Below, piece after piece: positions 1 to 11,200 of a stretch of 64,000 bases of DNA; positions within the stretch are counted from its first letter, which is position 1; every line of letters begins with the position of its first letter. The notes under the pieces are model-generated. The model searched no databases, was not told the origin of the DNA, and saw nothing but the letters and a program-made list of their open reading frames with translations. A program made the translations under genes and the position numbers. The stretch is from a virus (taxonomy: Duplodnaviria > Caudoviricetes), in the IMG/VR virus record IMGVR_UViG_3300024346_000006. The stretch is one strand, 5' to 3'.

Positions 1-191
1 GGAGCATCATTTTGAATTGTTGCAATTAAATACCATCCAGTTCCAGAATACATATACAACTTGTTTGTTGCCTGAACTAAAGCCTGATCGCCATTCGACA
101 TTCCTGCAAGTGCAATTAGCGCAGCTATATCCGCAACAGTTGTTGTAGATGCAGCAGCTGGTTGATATCTTATACTTGAGTAATTTGTCAT
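1..191 (-). CDS. Tail-fibre-like/virion protein, N-terminal part (runs off the window's left edge)
   Basis: Manual translation from ATG at 191: MTNYSSIRYQPAAASTTTVADIAALIALAGMSNGDQALVQATNKLYMYSGTGWYLIATIQNDA..., open to position 1. The 'GDQALV...LYMYSGTGW' pattern resembles N-termini of marine myovirus fibre proteins. Not in the supplied ORF track because it is truncated. Confidence 0.7.
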   Translation of the reverse strand, partial: MTNYSSIRYQPAAASTTTVADIAALIALAGMSNGDQALVQATNKLYMYSGTGWYLIATIQNDA

Positions 192-269
192 TTAACTATT
201 CGTCCATGTTTTAGATCCTACAACATGGGTATCGCCGTCAGCGGGAGATGTAGGAAAGTTGATAGCCAT
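192..269 (-). CDS. 25-aa mini-ORF (MAINFPTSPADGDTHVVGSKTWTNS*), possible gene remnant or read-through leader
   Basis: ATG at 269 is preceded by a strong SD (TAAGGAG overlapping the upstream stop). TAA at 194-192 is followed immediately by the in-frame ATG at 191. The peptide matches the N-terminus of ORF 3564..5243 (MAVNFPDSPSNGD). Confidence 0.55.
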   Translation of the reverse strand: MAINFPTSPADGDTHVVGSKTWTNS

Positions 270-280
270 TTATCATCTCC

Positions 281-1462
281 TTAGTACCATGTTTGAACTT
301 CTGTGACTGTTCCACCGCCACCTTCACCTTCGGCTCCAGTACTGTCAATAATTCTTGCACTGGTATAACTATTGGTTCCAGATTGTAATTTGTTTAATTC
401 ATTTAAATCGTATGGAGTTAAATTACTGAAACTTCCTACTGAAATTCTTTTTTCTGTATTAAAAAATCCATCATCTGGCAAGTTAGAAATAAGATCTTTT
501 ATTGATGTAATACTTATTTGGTCAAAATAAACTAGACGATTTTGTCCATCTATAGTGTTTAATGACAATCTTTCTGTTGGTAAAGTATTTGGCAAAATTC
601 CTTTTGATACAGTTATAACATTAGTAGAGATTACATCTCCAACTTTAATGTTTGAATTATGATTGAATGTGGTAGACTCTTCATATTCTTCCACCATCAA
701 TCCTGCAGTTGGAACTGTTGTAGTCCTATCAGGATTAAACATATACATTGCAGAGTCATTATCGAATGTGTATGTTCCTGCTGTAAAAGTTCTTTCATAA
801 ACAGCTTCGTCTGTCGCACTGTCTTGTATAATATTTCCAGCATTTCCAATACTTGTCCAACCAGTTATATCAACAGCATTCCAGGCTGTCTGTCTTATCA
901 TATAAACCGTTGTTGTAAATGCAAAAGTAATATCAATCGCATTACTCGTATTAATTTCTTGAGTTGTTACTAGTCCTTGTAAATCAACTCCGATGTTTGA
1001 TTGAGTATTTTGTAAATTATTATATGTAGTCCAACTACTTACTGGAACGTACAACTGCAACCCATTTACTGCAATTCCAAGTGATTGGGCCCAACTTGAA
1101 GACAATGTAATTCCACAGTTTGCGACACTTAGAGGATCAGATGGAACGGCCGTCTGGTCTGCGCCAGTAGAATTAATTGTGTAATACCCAAGTCCAAATG
1201 TATGTGTATTTGGTGTCTCAAAAGGTGCAGAGTCGGTTTCTACTAATAATGGTAATGTTTCAATAACAACCGAATGATTTGGATCGCTTCTTGAAACATT
1301 GATCGTTGTTATCGATTGATTTTCTGGGTCACCTGTATATTTATCTGTCGGTAAAGAAGACCATGTATCACTAGTATCGGAGACATTTAGGTTGAATTTA
1401 CCAAAATGTACTCCGATACCCTGTGTGTCTCCACCTTGTGACCTAATACTAATTGCACCCAT
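281..1462 (-). CDS. Hypothetical protein, probably virion-associated (T/S/N/G-rich, beta-rich)
   Basis: 393-aa ORF packed between neighbours in the late structural cluster; no family recognised. Confidence 0.7.
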   Translation of the reverse strand: MGAISIRSQGGDTQGIGVHFGKFNLNVSDTSDTWSSLPTDKYTGDPENQSITTINVSRSDPNHSVVIETLPLLVETDSAPFETPNTHTFGLGYYTINSTGADQTAVPSDPLSVANCGITLSSSWAQSLGIAVNGLQLYVPVSSWTTYNNLQNTQSNIGVDLQGLVTTQEINTSNAIDITFAFTTTVYMIRQTAWNAVDITGWTSIGNAGNIIQDSATDEAVYERTFTAGTYTFDNDSAMYMFNPDRTTTVPTAGLMVEEYEESTTFNHNSNIKVGDVISTNVITVSKGILPNTLPTERLSLNTIDGQNRLVYFDQISITSIKDLISNLPDDGFFNTEKRISVGSFSNLTPYDLNELNKLQSGTNSYTSARIIDSTGAEGEGGGGTVTEVQTWY

Positions 1463-1478
1463 TGGTTCGCCTTAGTAG

Positions 1479-3293
1479 TTAAATCGAAACACTTGCTACG
1501 ATATCACTCAATCCTGCACCAGTAATAACTACTGCCTGAGATACATCTGCAGTTGTAGAAGTTGTTACTGTTATAGATGTTGAACCACCACCAAAGTTCA
1601 TAGTGGAACCATCAATTACCAATGCGACATCAACTGCAATTCTGTCTCCAGATGCGTTATATGCACTAATTGCAACAGTTGTGTTAATATCACTTCCTGC
1701 GTAGTTATAGTTTGTTGCGGCTGGAGTGATACTAATCTTAACTGGAATAGAAGGAGTAATAATATGAATTGATGCATAAGTATTAAAGGCACCAACTTCA
1801 GTTGCCCAAATTCTATCAGTTGTGTCTCTACCCAATGATGTGAATTTACCGGCATATGTTGTAGTCAAAACCCATCCATCAACATTATTCCAGTTGAAGA
1901 TATAAATTGCATTCTCACCAATCACACCAAACATTGTTCTAGTATCATTCAAGAACACCATATTTCTTGGAGTTGCTGGAATCGTCACTGTAGAGTGATG
2001 TGTCAGTTGTTTTGGATCTGACGCATCAACCTGATATGTTACAACAGTTCTTGCAATCGGTGTACTATCGTGACATTGATAGAAACCGTGAATTGGGAAA
2101 AGTGATAGATATCTATTTCCAGAAGAAACAAAAGTTTCATTATAGAAATATGCACTCATATCAGATGAATCGCCTTGTCCGCCTGAGTGGTTGTTAAAGT
2201 GTGTAGAACTTAAATCACCAGTAATTGTGATGTCAGAGTTATTGGTGAATGTATCTGCAGATTTATCCCACTGACACCAAAATGGATGATAGTTTAAGTT
2301 TGCATCCAAATATGGAACATAAAAACATTTGTTACCAGCACTTGTTGGATCATCAAATGTATGTGATGCCCATTTTACATGTCTTCCAATTGTTGTGGTT
2401 GCTCTTGTCCCACCATAGTTAGTTCCTGCTGCAGTTGGTGCAGAATTAAATCTATGCAAATCAGTAGTTGTATTCGCACTCACATTGTGTTTTGTGATAT
2501 ACTGATCGTGATCATTGTCTTGGTTATTATATAAGTAAATTGGTTTACCATCTACAGTAGACATACCAATATATTGGACAGTATATGGAGCTCTCATAGT
2601 AGTGCTCCAATTATCGTTGGTATCACTATAGTCCAACATATAGTTTCTTCCCACTCCCATCATAGGTCTTGCAACATAAGCATCGTGTCTTACTTGTTGT
2701 GTGATATTAGAAACCCACTTTGTTCCTACTTCTTCTTCTGTTGCCATTGTTGGAACCATAATTTCAGAACTACTACCTTGACCATCATATCCCCAAGAAA
2801 CGGAAGGGGTGGCTTCATATAGTTCTCTTGTTGGATTTAACCAAGAAATTTGACGATACCAGTTGTAAAACATTGGACGGTTTTGCCAAACATAGAGGTT
2901 TGTTCCATCGTCTGCAGTAATTCTCTGCATACCAGTTCCTCTTCTAGACTCTTCCATACTCAAATATTGAAAAAATGGAATATTCGTTACTCTGTGGTTT
3001 CCTACCGTGTTATCCTCTTGAGAACAGTACGCAACCTCTTTACCAAGTGCCATTGTACTAGCACCATCACCACTGCGCTGTTCATGGGTATTATCACCAT
3101 CTCGATAGTAGTTTTGGCCCCACAAAGAGTCTTTTGACTGGCCGGTATACATATACATCGCACCATTGAAGATAGGAGCAAGAGTAGATTTATTATGTCC
3201 TTCTGATTCTAAGTAAATGGTATTTGTATTCGGATTGATGTCTTCGAAGACACTACATACATTTCTTTTACTTGCTTGTTTAATCTCTGCCAT
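1479..3293 (-). CDS. Hypothetical virion structural protein (possibly beta-propeller-like)
   Basis: 604-aa ORF with strong SD (AAGGAG/GGAG); rich in aromatic residues and T/S/N; lies in the fibre cluster. The fold is only a guess. Confidence 0.7.
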   Translation of the reverse strand: MAEIKQASKRNVCSVFEDINPNTNTIYLESEGHNKSTLAPIFNGAMYMYTGQSKDSLWGQNYYRDGDNTHEQRSGDGASTMALGKEVAYCSQEDNTVGNHRVTNIPFFQYLSMEESRRGTGMQRITADDGTNLYVWQNRPMFYNWYRQISWLNPTRELYEATPSVSWGYDGQGSSSEIMVPTMATEEEVGTKWVSNITQQVRHDAYVARPMMGVGRNYMLDYSDTNDNWSTTMRAPYTVQYIGMSTVDGKPIYLYNNQDNDHDQYITKHNVSANTTTDLHRFNSAPTAAGTNYGGTRATTTIGRHVKWASHTFDDPTSAGNKCFYVPYLDANLNYHPFWCQWDKSADTFTNNSDITITGDLSSTHFNNHSGGQGDSSDMSAYFYNETFVSSGNRYLSLFPIHGFYQCHDSTPIARTVVTYQVDASDPKQLTHHSTVTIPATPRNMVFLNDTRTMFGVIGENAIYIFNWNNVDGWVLTTTYAGKFTSLGRDTTDRIWATEVGAFNTYASIHIITPSIPVKISITPAATNYNYAGSDINTTVAISAYNASGDRIAVDVALVIDGSTMNFGGGSTSITVTTSTTADVSQAVVITGAGLSDIVASVSI

Positions 3294-3305
3294 TTTCTCC
3301 GCTCC

Positions 3306-3533
3306 TTAAAAGTTTTCTTTAAACCAAGTCACAACTTGGTCAACTGATGCCCAAGTCGCCCTTGAACCGTCACCAAGTGGATTCCATGGTTGATCTGCAA
3401 TTTTGATAGCTTCGCCATCTACTACTTTTGAAACACTTGCATGTTGTCCGTTAAGATCTGCAGTGTAATTTTCTGTCACTGTGATTTCGTTACCGTCCTC
3501 ATCCGTGGCAACTTTATCAATTGTAAAGTCCAT
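3306..3533 (-). CDS. Small hypothetical protein (75 aa, QPWxPxxDGxRxxW motif), possible fibre assembly accessory
   Basis: ORF with GGAG SD and a TATAAATA late promoter about 28 nt upstream; function inferred only from context. Confidence 0.7.
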   Translation of the reverse strand: MDFTIDKVATDEDGNEITVTENYTADLNGQHASVSKVVDGEAIKIADQPWNPLGDGSRATWASVDQVVTWFKENF

Positions 3534-3560
3534 TGTTATCTCCTATTGTGTTTTTACTTC

Positions 3561-3568
3561 TATTTATA
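3561..3568 (-). promoter_or_regulatory. T4-type late promoter TATAAATA
   Basis: Exact TATAAATA on the minus strand (tatttata on +), 28 nt upstream of the ATG at 3533. Confidence 0.75.
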
Positions 3569-5243
3569 CTTTTTTATATGTAAACTGTAGATAGAGGTCT
3601 TGGCCAACAGAATTGGTTCCAATACTCGTAATATCAACTGTTAAATAATCTCCAGCACTCATTGTGAAAAATGGCGCAACAACATTTGTCGTTGTGGTGT
3701 TTGGAGAAAACGAAACCGTTTTTGCAGAAACTCCGTTATTTTTTACATCAATTCCTACGATATTATCCGCAGCGGTTCCAAGATTTGCGGAAATGCCTGA
3801 TATCTGTAAATCAAATGGAGAATACCACCTTTTTGTGCCAGTGATTACTTGTAAATCTCCACCTTGATGCATGTTAATATTAAATACAGTTTCATCTTTA
3901 ATCTTATCTGTTACTTGTGCGGTTGTTGGTTTATCTGCAGTTTCAGTATTTACTAAATTGGCAATCTTTGATTGAAACTGAGAAGTAGAATCTAGGTATT
4001 CTCCCATGTCCTGCACTTTAAATTTACCAGAAGGGCCATCATAAACTAAACATACATTATCAATATCTGCTAGTGTTCTTTTTGGGCGTATCTCTACTGG
4101 TGTTGAATGACCATCTTGATCGTGCTGGAAGTATAAAACATAATTGTTATCTACATTTGTTTCTACCGCCAAATCTTTAATTGTAATCATACCCCTCATA
4201 GGATTGTGATTTCCACACTGATAATATAATGTATCTGGTGCATCATTTGGAACAGTAAATACTAAAGTTCCACTTTCATTTCTTGAACCTGTTACTCCAG
4301 AAGTATATTCGCCAACATAATTCCCTGTAGAAAAATTAGTACCATCGTCCGTAGTTAAATAAAATGGATGTCCAGAAAGTGATGCGTCTAAATTAAAAGT
4401 ATATGTACCACCACGATAGAATGGGCCGATATCTGGATTGTCGCCCGATGCGACACCAGTAAAGGTATATGCACCCGCCGATACAAAAGACACATCATAT
4501 GATACACTTGGTGTATTCAAAGTTGGTAATGTGACCGTAGATGGAACACTTATGACAATTCTTTGTACTTCCGTTGCACTACCACCGTTTATGTTTGGAT
4601 TGGTAACTCCTGTCACACTATCTGTAATTACCGCCCATGAAACTAGGTTATCAATTCCTGCACCTTCTATCCATTTCAAATATATTTTATGTGTTTGAGT
4701 CATCGAACCGTGAAGTTCGTGTGCTGCGAAATTATTTAATGTGTAGATTCCCTGATTGTATAATGGAATATTTGATTGAACCAAATTAACGATTTTAAGT
4801 CTGCTATATGCAACAGTCCCTGCATCCCAAGTCCATTTCCAGTGCGAACCATGGCCGGCATCGGGCGAGTCAACATTTAATGTAAATATTTCATTATTAA
4901 TTGTTACATCAATATCAGACAATTCTTCTACTGCACTTGGAATTGTAGCTCCATCGATAACCGTTCCTGCCGGTAATCCTAAATTTCCATTTTCATCAAC
5001 AGACAATGCAGTTCCACCCAAATAGAGAGTATTTCCACTTAAATAAATGTCACGGAATCTCTGCGTCAAACTTCCTAAATCATAAGTTTCATTTGCATTT
5101 GGTAAAACATGTCCTGTAACAACAGGGGGTGCGGTTGTAGATTGTTTTGCCCATACGCCCTTAGTAGAATTGTAAATATACACAATTCCATTTGCGGTAA
5201 AGTTGTCACCATTTGAGGGACTATCTGGAAAATTTACAGCCAT
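3564..5243 (-). CDS. Tail-fibre-associated structural protein with cupredoxin/plastocyanin-like domain
   Basis: 559 aa. N-terminal NFPxSPxNGD module; YDLGS..RFRDIYLSG fibre motif; internal GHPFY...GTLVFTVP.DAPDTLYYQCGNHNPMRG motif typical of marine myovirus structural proteins. Confidence 0.75.
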   Translation of the reverse strand: MAVNFPDSPSNGDNFTANGIVYIYNSTKGVWAKQSTTAPPVVTGHVLPNANETYDLGSLTQRFRDIYLSGNTLYLGGTALSVDENGNLGLPAGTVIDGATIPSAVEELSDIDVTINNEIFTLNVDSPDAGHGSHWKWTWDAGTVAYSRLKIVNLVQSNIPLYNQGIYTLNNFAAHELHGSMTQTHKIYLKWIEGAGIDNLVSWAVITDSVTGVTNPNINGGSATEVQRIVISVPSTVTLPTLNTPSVSYDVSFVSAGAYTFTGVASGDNPDIGPFYRGGTYTFNLDASLSGHPFYLTTDDGTNFSTGNYVGEYTSGVTGSRNESGTLVFTVPNDAPDTLYYQCGNHNPMRGMITIKDLAVETNVDNNYVLYFQHDQDGHSTPVEIRPKRTLADIDNVCLVYDGPSGKFKVQDMGEYLDSTSQFQSKIANLVNTETADKPTTAQVTDKIKDETVFNINMHQGGDLQVITGTKRWYSPFDLQISGISANLGTAADNIVGIDVKNNGVSAKTVSFSPNTTTTNVVAPFFTMSAGDYLTVDITSIGTNSVGQDLYLQFTYKKV

Positions 5244-5246
5244 TTA

Positions 5247-8200
5247 TTATCTCTCCATTAGTAACCAACCTTGAGTTGCGTTATAGTAAACCAACCCAAA
5301 TGCGGCCCTATCCGTGTTTATTATTAGATTATCTGCAGCACCTTGAATATTGCTTCCATTCCTATTTATGGTTATATTATTTATAGATGCATTGCCTGTC
5401 GCATCAATTATTCTAATTTCATCTCCTTGTGTTGGTGATGATGGAAGTGTAACAGTAACCGCACTAGAACTGCAGTCAACAAACAGTTTGTCACCAGCAC
5501 TTGCGGTATAATCTGCAGATTGTTCTTGCCATTGCAAGGAGGCACCAATAAGATTGACCCATTGTTCTGATGAACCATCATCATAACGGAAATATAATGA
5601 ACCATCTGATGAATCAAACCAAAAACTGTTTACAACAGGATTTGTAGGTGCAGTATCAGATGAAATAATTGGTGAACTCGCACCTGATGGGTTTGATTGA
5701 ATCCATTGTGACGATGTTCCATCATTGAAGTATACATACATCTTTGTGTTCGCAGAATTGAACCAAAGATCACCAACAGAAGGAGAAGAAGGTGCGGTGT
5801 CGGATACAGAAACGGAAGCTCCACCTCCACCGCCAGAAGCAACATCACCCGGCTTCCAAGCAGAATTTACACTATCCCAAATAAGTGCCTGTCCATCTGT
5901 GGGTGATGTTGTTGTTAAATCTACATCCGTTAAATCATCAAGTGATGCAACACTGCTAGAATTTACAGAACCAGAAGCTTCAATCCACTGAGAAGATGTT
6001 CCATCGTTATAATAAACATAAAGTCTAAGATTACTACTGTTAAACCACAAATCACCTTCTGATTGAGTGCTCGGTGCTGCATCAGAAAGATGTACATTAG
6101 AGGCAACATTTCCTGCAGCTTCTACCCATTGAGAAGATGTTCCATCGTTATAATATACATATGTTTTTAGTTCATCGGTATCAAACCACAAATCACCATC
6201 ATTAGGACTTGAAGGCGCAATATCAGAAACATCAATAGAGGAACCAGCAGATGCGCCTGGCACCCACTTACTATTTGTATTATCCCAAACAAGTGACTGT
6301 CCATCTGTTGGTGCAGTTGTAGTGGTATCCACATCCGAAAGGTCATCAATACTAGAACTAGACACAATATTTGATGTGGCAATTCTTGCGTCAACTCTAG
6401 CATCTGTATAGTAAAGGTTTGTTCCCTCTGCAAGATCGGTTGTTGATTTAGCAGTAAATGCAGAATCAAATCTTGCCTGTGTATAATATAGATTTGTAGA
6501 ACCCTCTGTAAGATTATCTGTGGTTAAACCAGACAAATCTTGAAGATATCTTCCATCCAAACTTACAGTTGCGGCAGTAGAAGCATCATCTCTAGTAAGA
6601 GTTAATGTTCCATTTGCAAATGTTGCACTATTAATTCTTGAAAGATTTGTATCGTCAAATAGAGGACTAAAATCAATAGTAAATGTTGTTGCATCATCTC
6701 TAGTGAATGTTGCAATACCAGTGGTTCCGTTTAATGAACCACTTACTAATCTTGCAAGATTTGTATCATCCAAATAGAGAGACAGGTCAATGTTTGTAGT
6801 ATTACCATCTTCATCTGTATAGGTAAGAACATTTCCTGCAATTGCAAGTGAAGTAAGTGTTTCTGCGGCAATACCTTGTGCAGTTAAATAAGACTGAACT
6901 CTAGCATCTGTATAATAAAGATTAGTAGAACCTTCTGTAAGATTATCTGCAGTCTTAGTAGTAAATCTTGTATCAAATCTAGAATCTGTATAGTAAAGAT
7001 TAGTGCCTTCAGCAAGATCGGTTGTTGATTTTGTTGCAAACCGTGTATCAAAATACGAGTTTACTTCTGAACCAAAATTAATAAATCCAAAATGATTATT
7101 ACTGGCGTCATATAATAATATGTCACCACTTGCTACAGTATCAACACCATCAACATCTGATAGGTCTTGGATGCTTGCAACACCGATACGCCCATCTGCA
7201 TATGTGTTTACTTCAGTTGCAAAATCAACTGGTAAAAATTCACTACCGTCATAAAGAAGAAAATCTCCTGCAGAAATTCCAACTGTGTTTACATCATTTA
7301 ATATTCCAATATTCGCAGCTGCAACCCTTGCATCCGCCCTAGCATCTGTATAGTAAAGATTAGTACCTTCAGTTAAATCTGTTGTAGTCTTAGTTGCAAA
7401 ATCTGTATTGAAATCTGCAGTAGTATATCCAGAAATAGTGCCAGGGACGAAAGAAGTACCATTGTAGATTAAAGTTTGACCATTTGTCGGTGCGTTTGTT
7501 GTTGTATCTACATCACCAAGGTCATCAAGAACCAATGCCCCAACATTAGTTGTTAAAGAATCTATTTGACTTTGTAAATTAATATCTGCCCGTTCTCTAT
7601 CATATACTTCGTCATCCAAATCAGAAAAAACGGCAGCAATTTGTGAAGTGACATATGATGTAGTTGCATATCCAGTACCAGAAAGATATGAAGCAACCCT
7701 AGCATCTGTATAGTATAGATTTGTAGAACCTTCTGAAAGATCATCTGTGTCTTTTGCAGTAAATGCAGTATCAAAATCTGATTGACTGAACGAGTCTCCT
7801 GCCACCCACTTACTATTTGCGTTATCCCAAACAAGTCCTTGACCGTCAGTAGGAGCCGTTGTTAAATCGACATCTCCCATCTCTGCAATAGTATCTTTCG
7901 TTAATATTGCATTATCAACATATGTTTGAGTTGCATAGTTATTTGTGGTTAGATAAGAACCTACTCTTGCATCTGTGTAGTAAAGATTTGTAGAACCTTC
8001 CGCAAGACTATCAGTACGCGTAGGAATATCAGAATTATTACCCAACTCAATCCAGTTTCCTGCATGAGCATAATACGCTTTGCCAGTTCCATGGACATGT
8101 GCAAACATACCATGATAAGAAGATGCTGATGGAAGATCAGAAAGTTGATTATAAACATTTGAGAAGAGAACTTTATTAGTCCCTAAATCTAAATCTTGTC

Positions 8201-11200
8201 CCTCAACATGAGAACGAACTCTTGCATCTGTATAGTAAAGATTTGTACCTTCAGTTAAATCGGTAGTTGTCTTACCAGAGAAATCAGTATCAAAGTCTGC
8301 TGAAGAGTATGGATTTGATGACGTTATTCTTGCGTCAACCCTAGCATCAGTATAGTAAAGATTTGTACCTTCAGTTAAATCTGTTGTTGATTTTGTAGCA
8401 AGTCTTGTATCAAATCTGGCGTCAGTATAATAAAGATTTGTAGAACCTTCTGTAATATCATCTGTAGTTCCAGACAATTCTGATAATTGATCTTTAGTTG
8501 CAATTGCGGAGTCAACATAAGATTTATTAGCTGCATCGGATGGGTCAGTAGGCGTTCCAACATTATAAATTCTAAATGCATTTACATTAATCTTACCACC
8601 AGTGTTTGCCTCTAGTTCTAAGTCAGTTTGTCCGTTATTTGCTGGTAAATATTTTTGTCCATAAAAGAATGGTTGTCCACTATTATTTTTGATTGCCATA
8701 CCAGCAGAACCAGATGCAGTTCCGACACCAAAGTATGCGTTATTTGTTCTTAACTGTATTCTGTCTGCAGTAGCATTCGATTCCAGATATGTTTCAACTC
8801 TAGCATCCGTATAGTAAAGATTTGTGGAACCTTCTGCAAGATCATCTGTAGTTTTATTTGCAAGTGAAAGATTTGCACCAGTTTGAAGTGTGATCCTTGC
8901 ATCGACTCTCGCATCTGTGTAGTATAAGTTTGTTCCCTCAGTTAAATCAGTGGTTGTCTTACCAGTTAACCAAGAGTCAGCAGTTGTATTAAAATCGGCA
9001 GTTGTAAGTTTAGTTCCAATTAAATTTGTAATTGTTGTACTAAAGTTTGGATCATCGCCCAAGGCAGCTGCAAGTTCATTCAGAGTATCTAATGTAGTTG
9101 GAGAAGAATCGACTAAGTTTGCAACTGCAGTATCAACATATGTTTCTGTTGCAAATACTTCTGTACTGCCACTTGCAGTTATCTCAAGGGATCCATTATT
9201 GTCCGATAATTGTAAAGTTCCAAGGTTGATAGAACTTCCACTTAAATAAATGTCTCTGAATCTATTTGTATTACTACCTAAATCATAAGTAACATTTGTA
9301 TCTGGAATGATATGTCCAGAAACATCACCAAGTTTTGTTTGCACTCTGGCGTCTGTATAGTAAAGGTTTGTTGAACCCTCTGGTAGATCATCAGTAGAAC
9401 CTAATGCAGATGTGGCAATTCTTGCATCTACTCTCGCATCAGTATAATAAAGATTAGTACCTTCTGCAACATCAGTTGTTGATTTAGTAGCAAGCCTTGT
9501 ATCAAATCTAGCATCAGTGTAATATAGATTTGTACCTTCATTAATATCGTCAGTAGTTTTTGTTGCAATATTTGCATCAACTTTCGCATCTGTATAATAA
9601 AGATTCGTAGAACCTTCTACTAAATCATCTGTGTCTTTGGTTGCAAATCTTGTATCAACTTTCGCATCTGTATAATAAAGATTCGTAGAACCTTCTACTA
9701 AATCATCTGTGTCTTTGGTTGCAAATCTTGTATCAAATCTGGTATCTGTGTAGTAAAGATTATTATTACCTTCTGGTATTACATCAGTATCCTGTGCGAT
9801 ACCCCCTGACGCCTCGACCCATTGCGCTGAAGAACCGTCATTATAGTATATGTACAGTTTAAGGTTATTATCATTAAACCAAAGGTCGCCGTCTGAGGGA
9901 CTGCTAGGAGCGGTACTAGAAGATTGTACAGATGCCCCACCATCTCCCGCTGACTCAACCCACTGTGAGGAAGTTCCATCGTTATAATAAATGAATGTTT
10001 TTAATTCTGTGGAATCAAACCACAAATCGCCATCATTCGGATTTGATGGAGCAACATCACCTACAGTAATTGCTGCGACATTTAAAAGTCCAGTCGTATC
10101 AGTAAAATCGGATAAATCTGTAGGAGTATTTGATAAATCTGCATATGAACCAGAGAAGGCAACGTTTGCAAGATTTGCAGTTGTCCAAGTATTTACTCTG
10201 GCATCTGTATAGTAAAGATTAGTAGAACCTTCAGTTAAAGCGTCTGTATCCTTTGCTGCAAACGCCGTATCAAATCTTGTTTGTGTATAATATAGATTTG
10301 TACCTTCAGTTAAATCTGTTGTAGTCTTGGTTGCAAAATTTGCGTCAACTCTAGCATCTGTGTAGTAAAGGTTTACCAAACCTTCTATAAGATTGTCTGT
10401 AGTCTTAGTAGCGATTCTGGCATCAAATCTAGCATCTGTATAATATAAATTTGTGCCTTCAGTTAAATCTGTTGTAGTCTTCGCACCAAATGCGGTATCA
10501 AATCTTACTTGAGTATAGTAAAGATTAATTCCTTCTGCAAGGTCGGTAGTAGTATGATTACTGATATCCGAAACTTGTCCAGTGATATTTGCAGTAATAT
10601 CTTTATTAGATACAAATTGATCTGTTGTAGAGTTATATGTAAATGTGGCAGAACCATCAGATCCAAGGTCAATAGTTATTCCACCGCCGTTTGCCGCAGC
10701 TGCATTAACAGAACCAGAACCAAGAACAATATTTAAGTCATCAACCTCGACCGTTGTAGAATTAATTGTAGTTGTAGTACCATCTACTTGTAAGTTACCA
10801 GCAATAATAACTGTGCCCGTATTATCACCAACACCGGCAGGGTCAATAGTAAGTGATGCAGGGCCTGCGATGTACCCTGTAGTAATAATGTTTCCAGCAT
10901 TGCCACTACCTAAGAAAGTATTTACTCTGGTGTCTGTATAATAAAGATTAGTAGTACCTTCATTAATATCGTCAGTAGTTTTTGTTGCAATATTTGCGTC
11001 AACTCTAGCATCAGTGTAATAAAGATTAGTACCTTCTGCAACATCAGTTGTTGATTTAGTAGCAAGTCTTGCATCAAATCTAGCATCAGTGTAATATAGA
11101 TTTGTACCTTCAGTTAAATCTGTTGTAGTCTTAGTTGCAAAATTTGCGTCAACTCTAGTATTAGTGTAATATAGATTTGTAGAACCTTCCGAAAGGTCGT

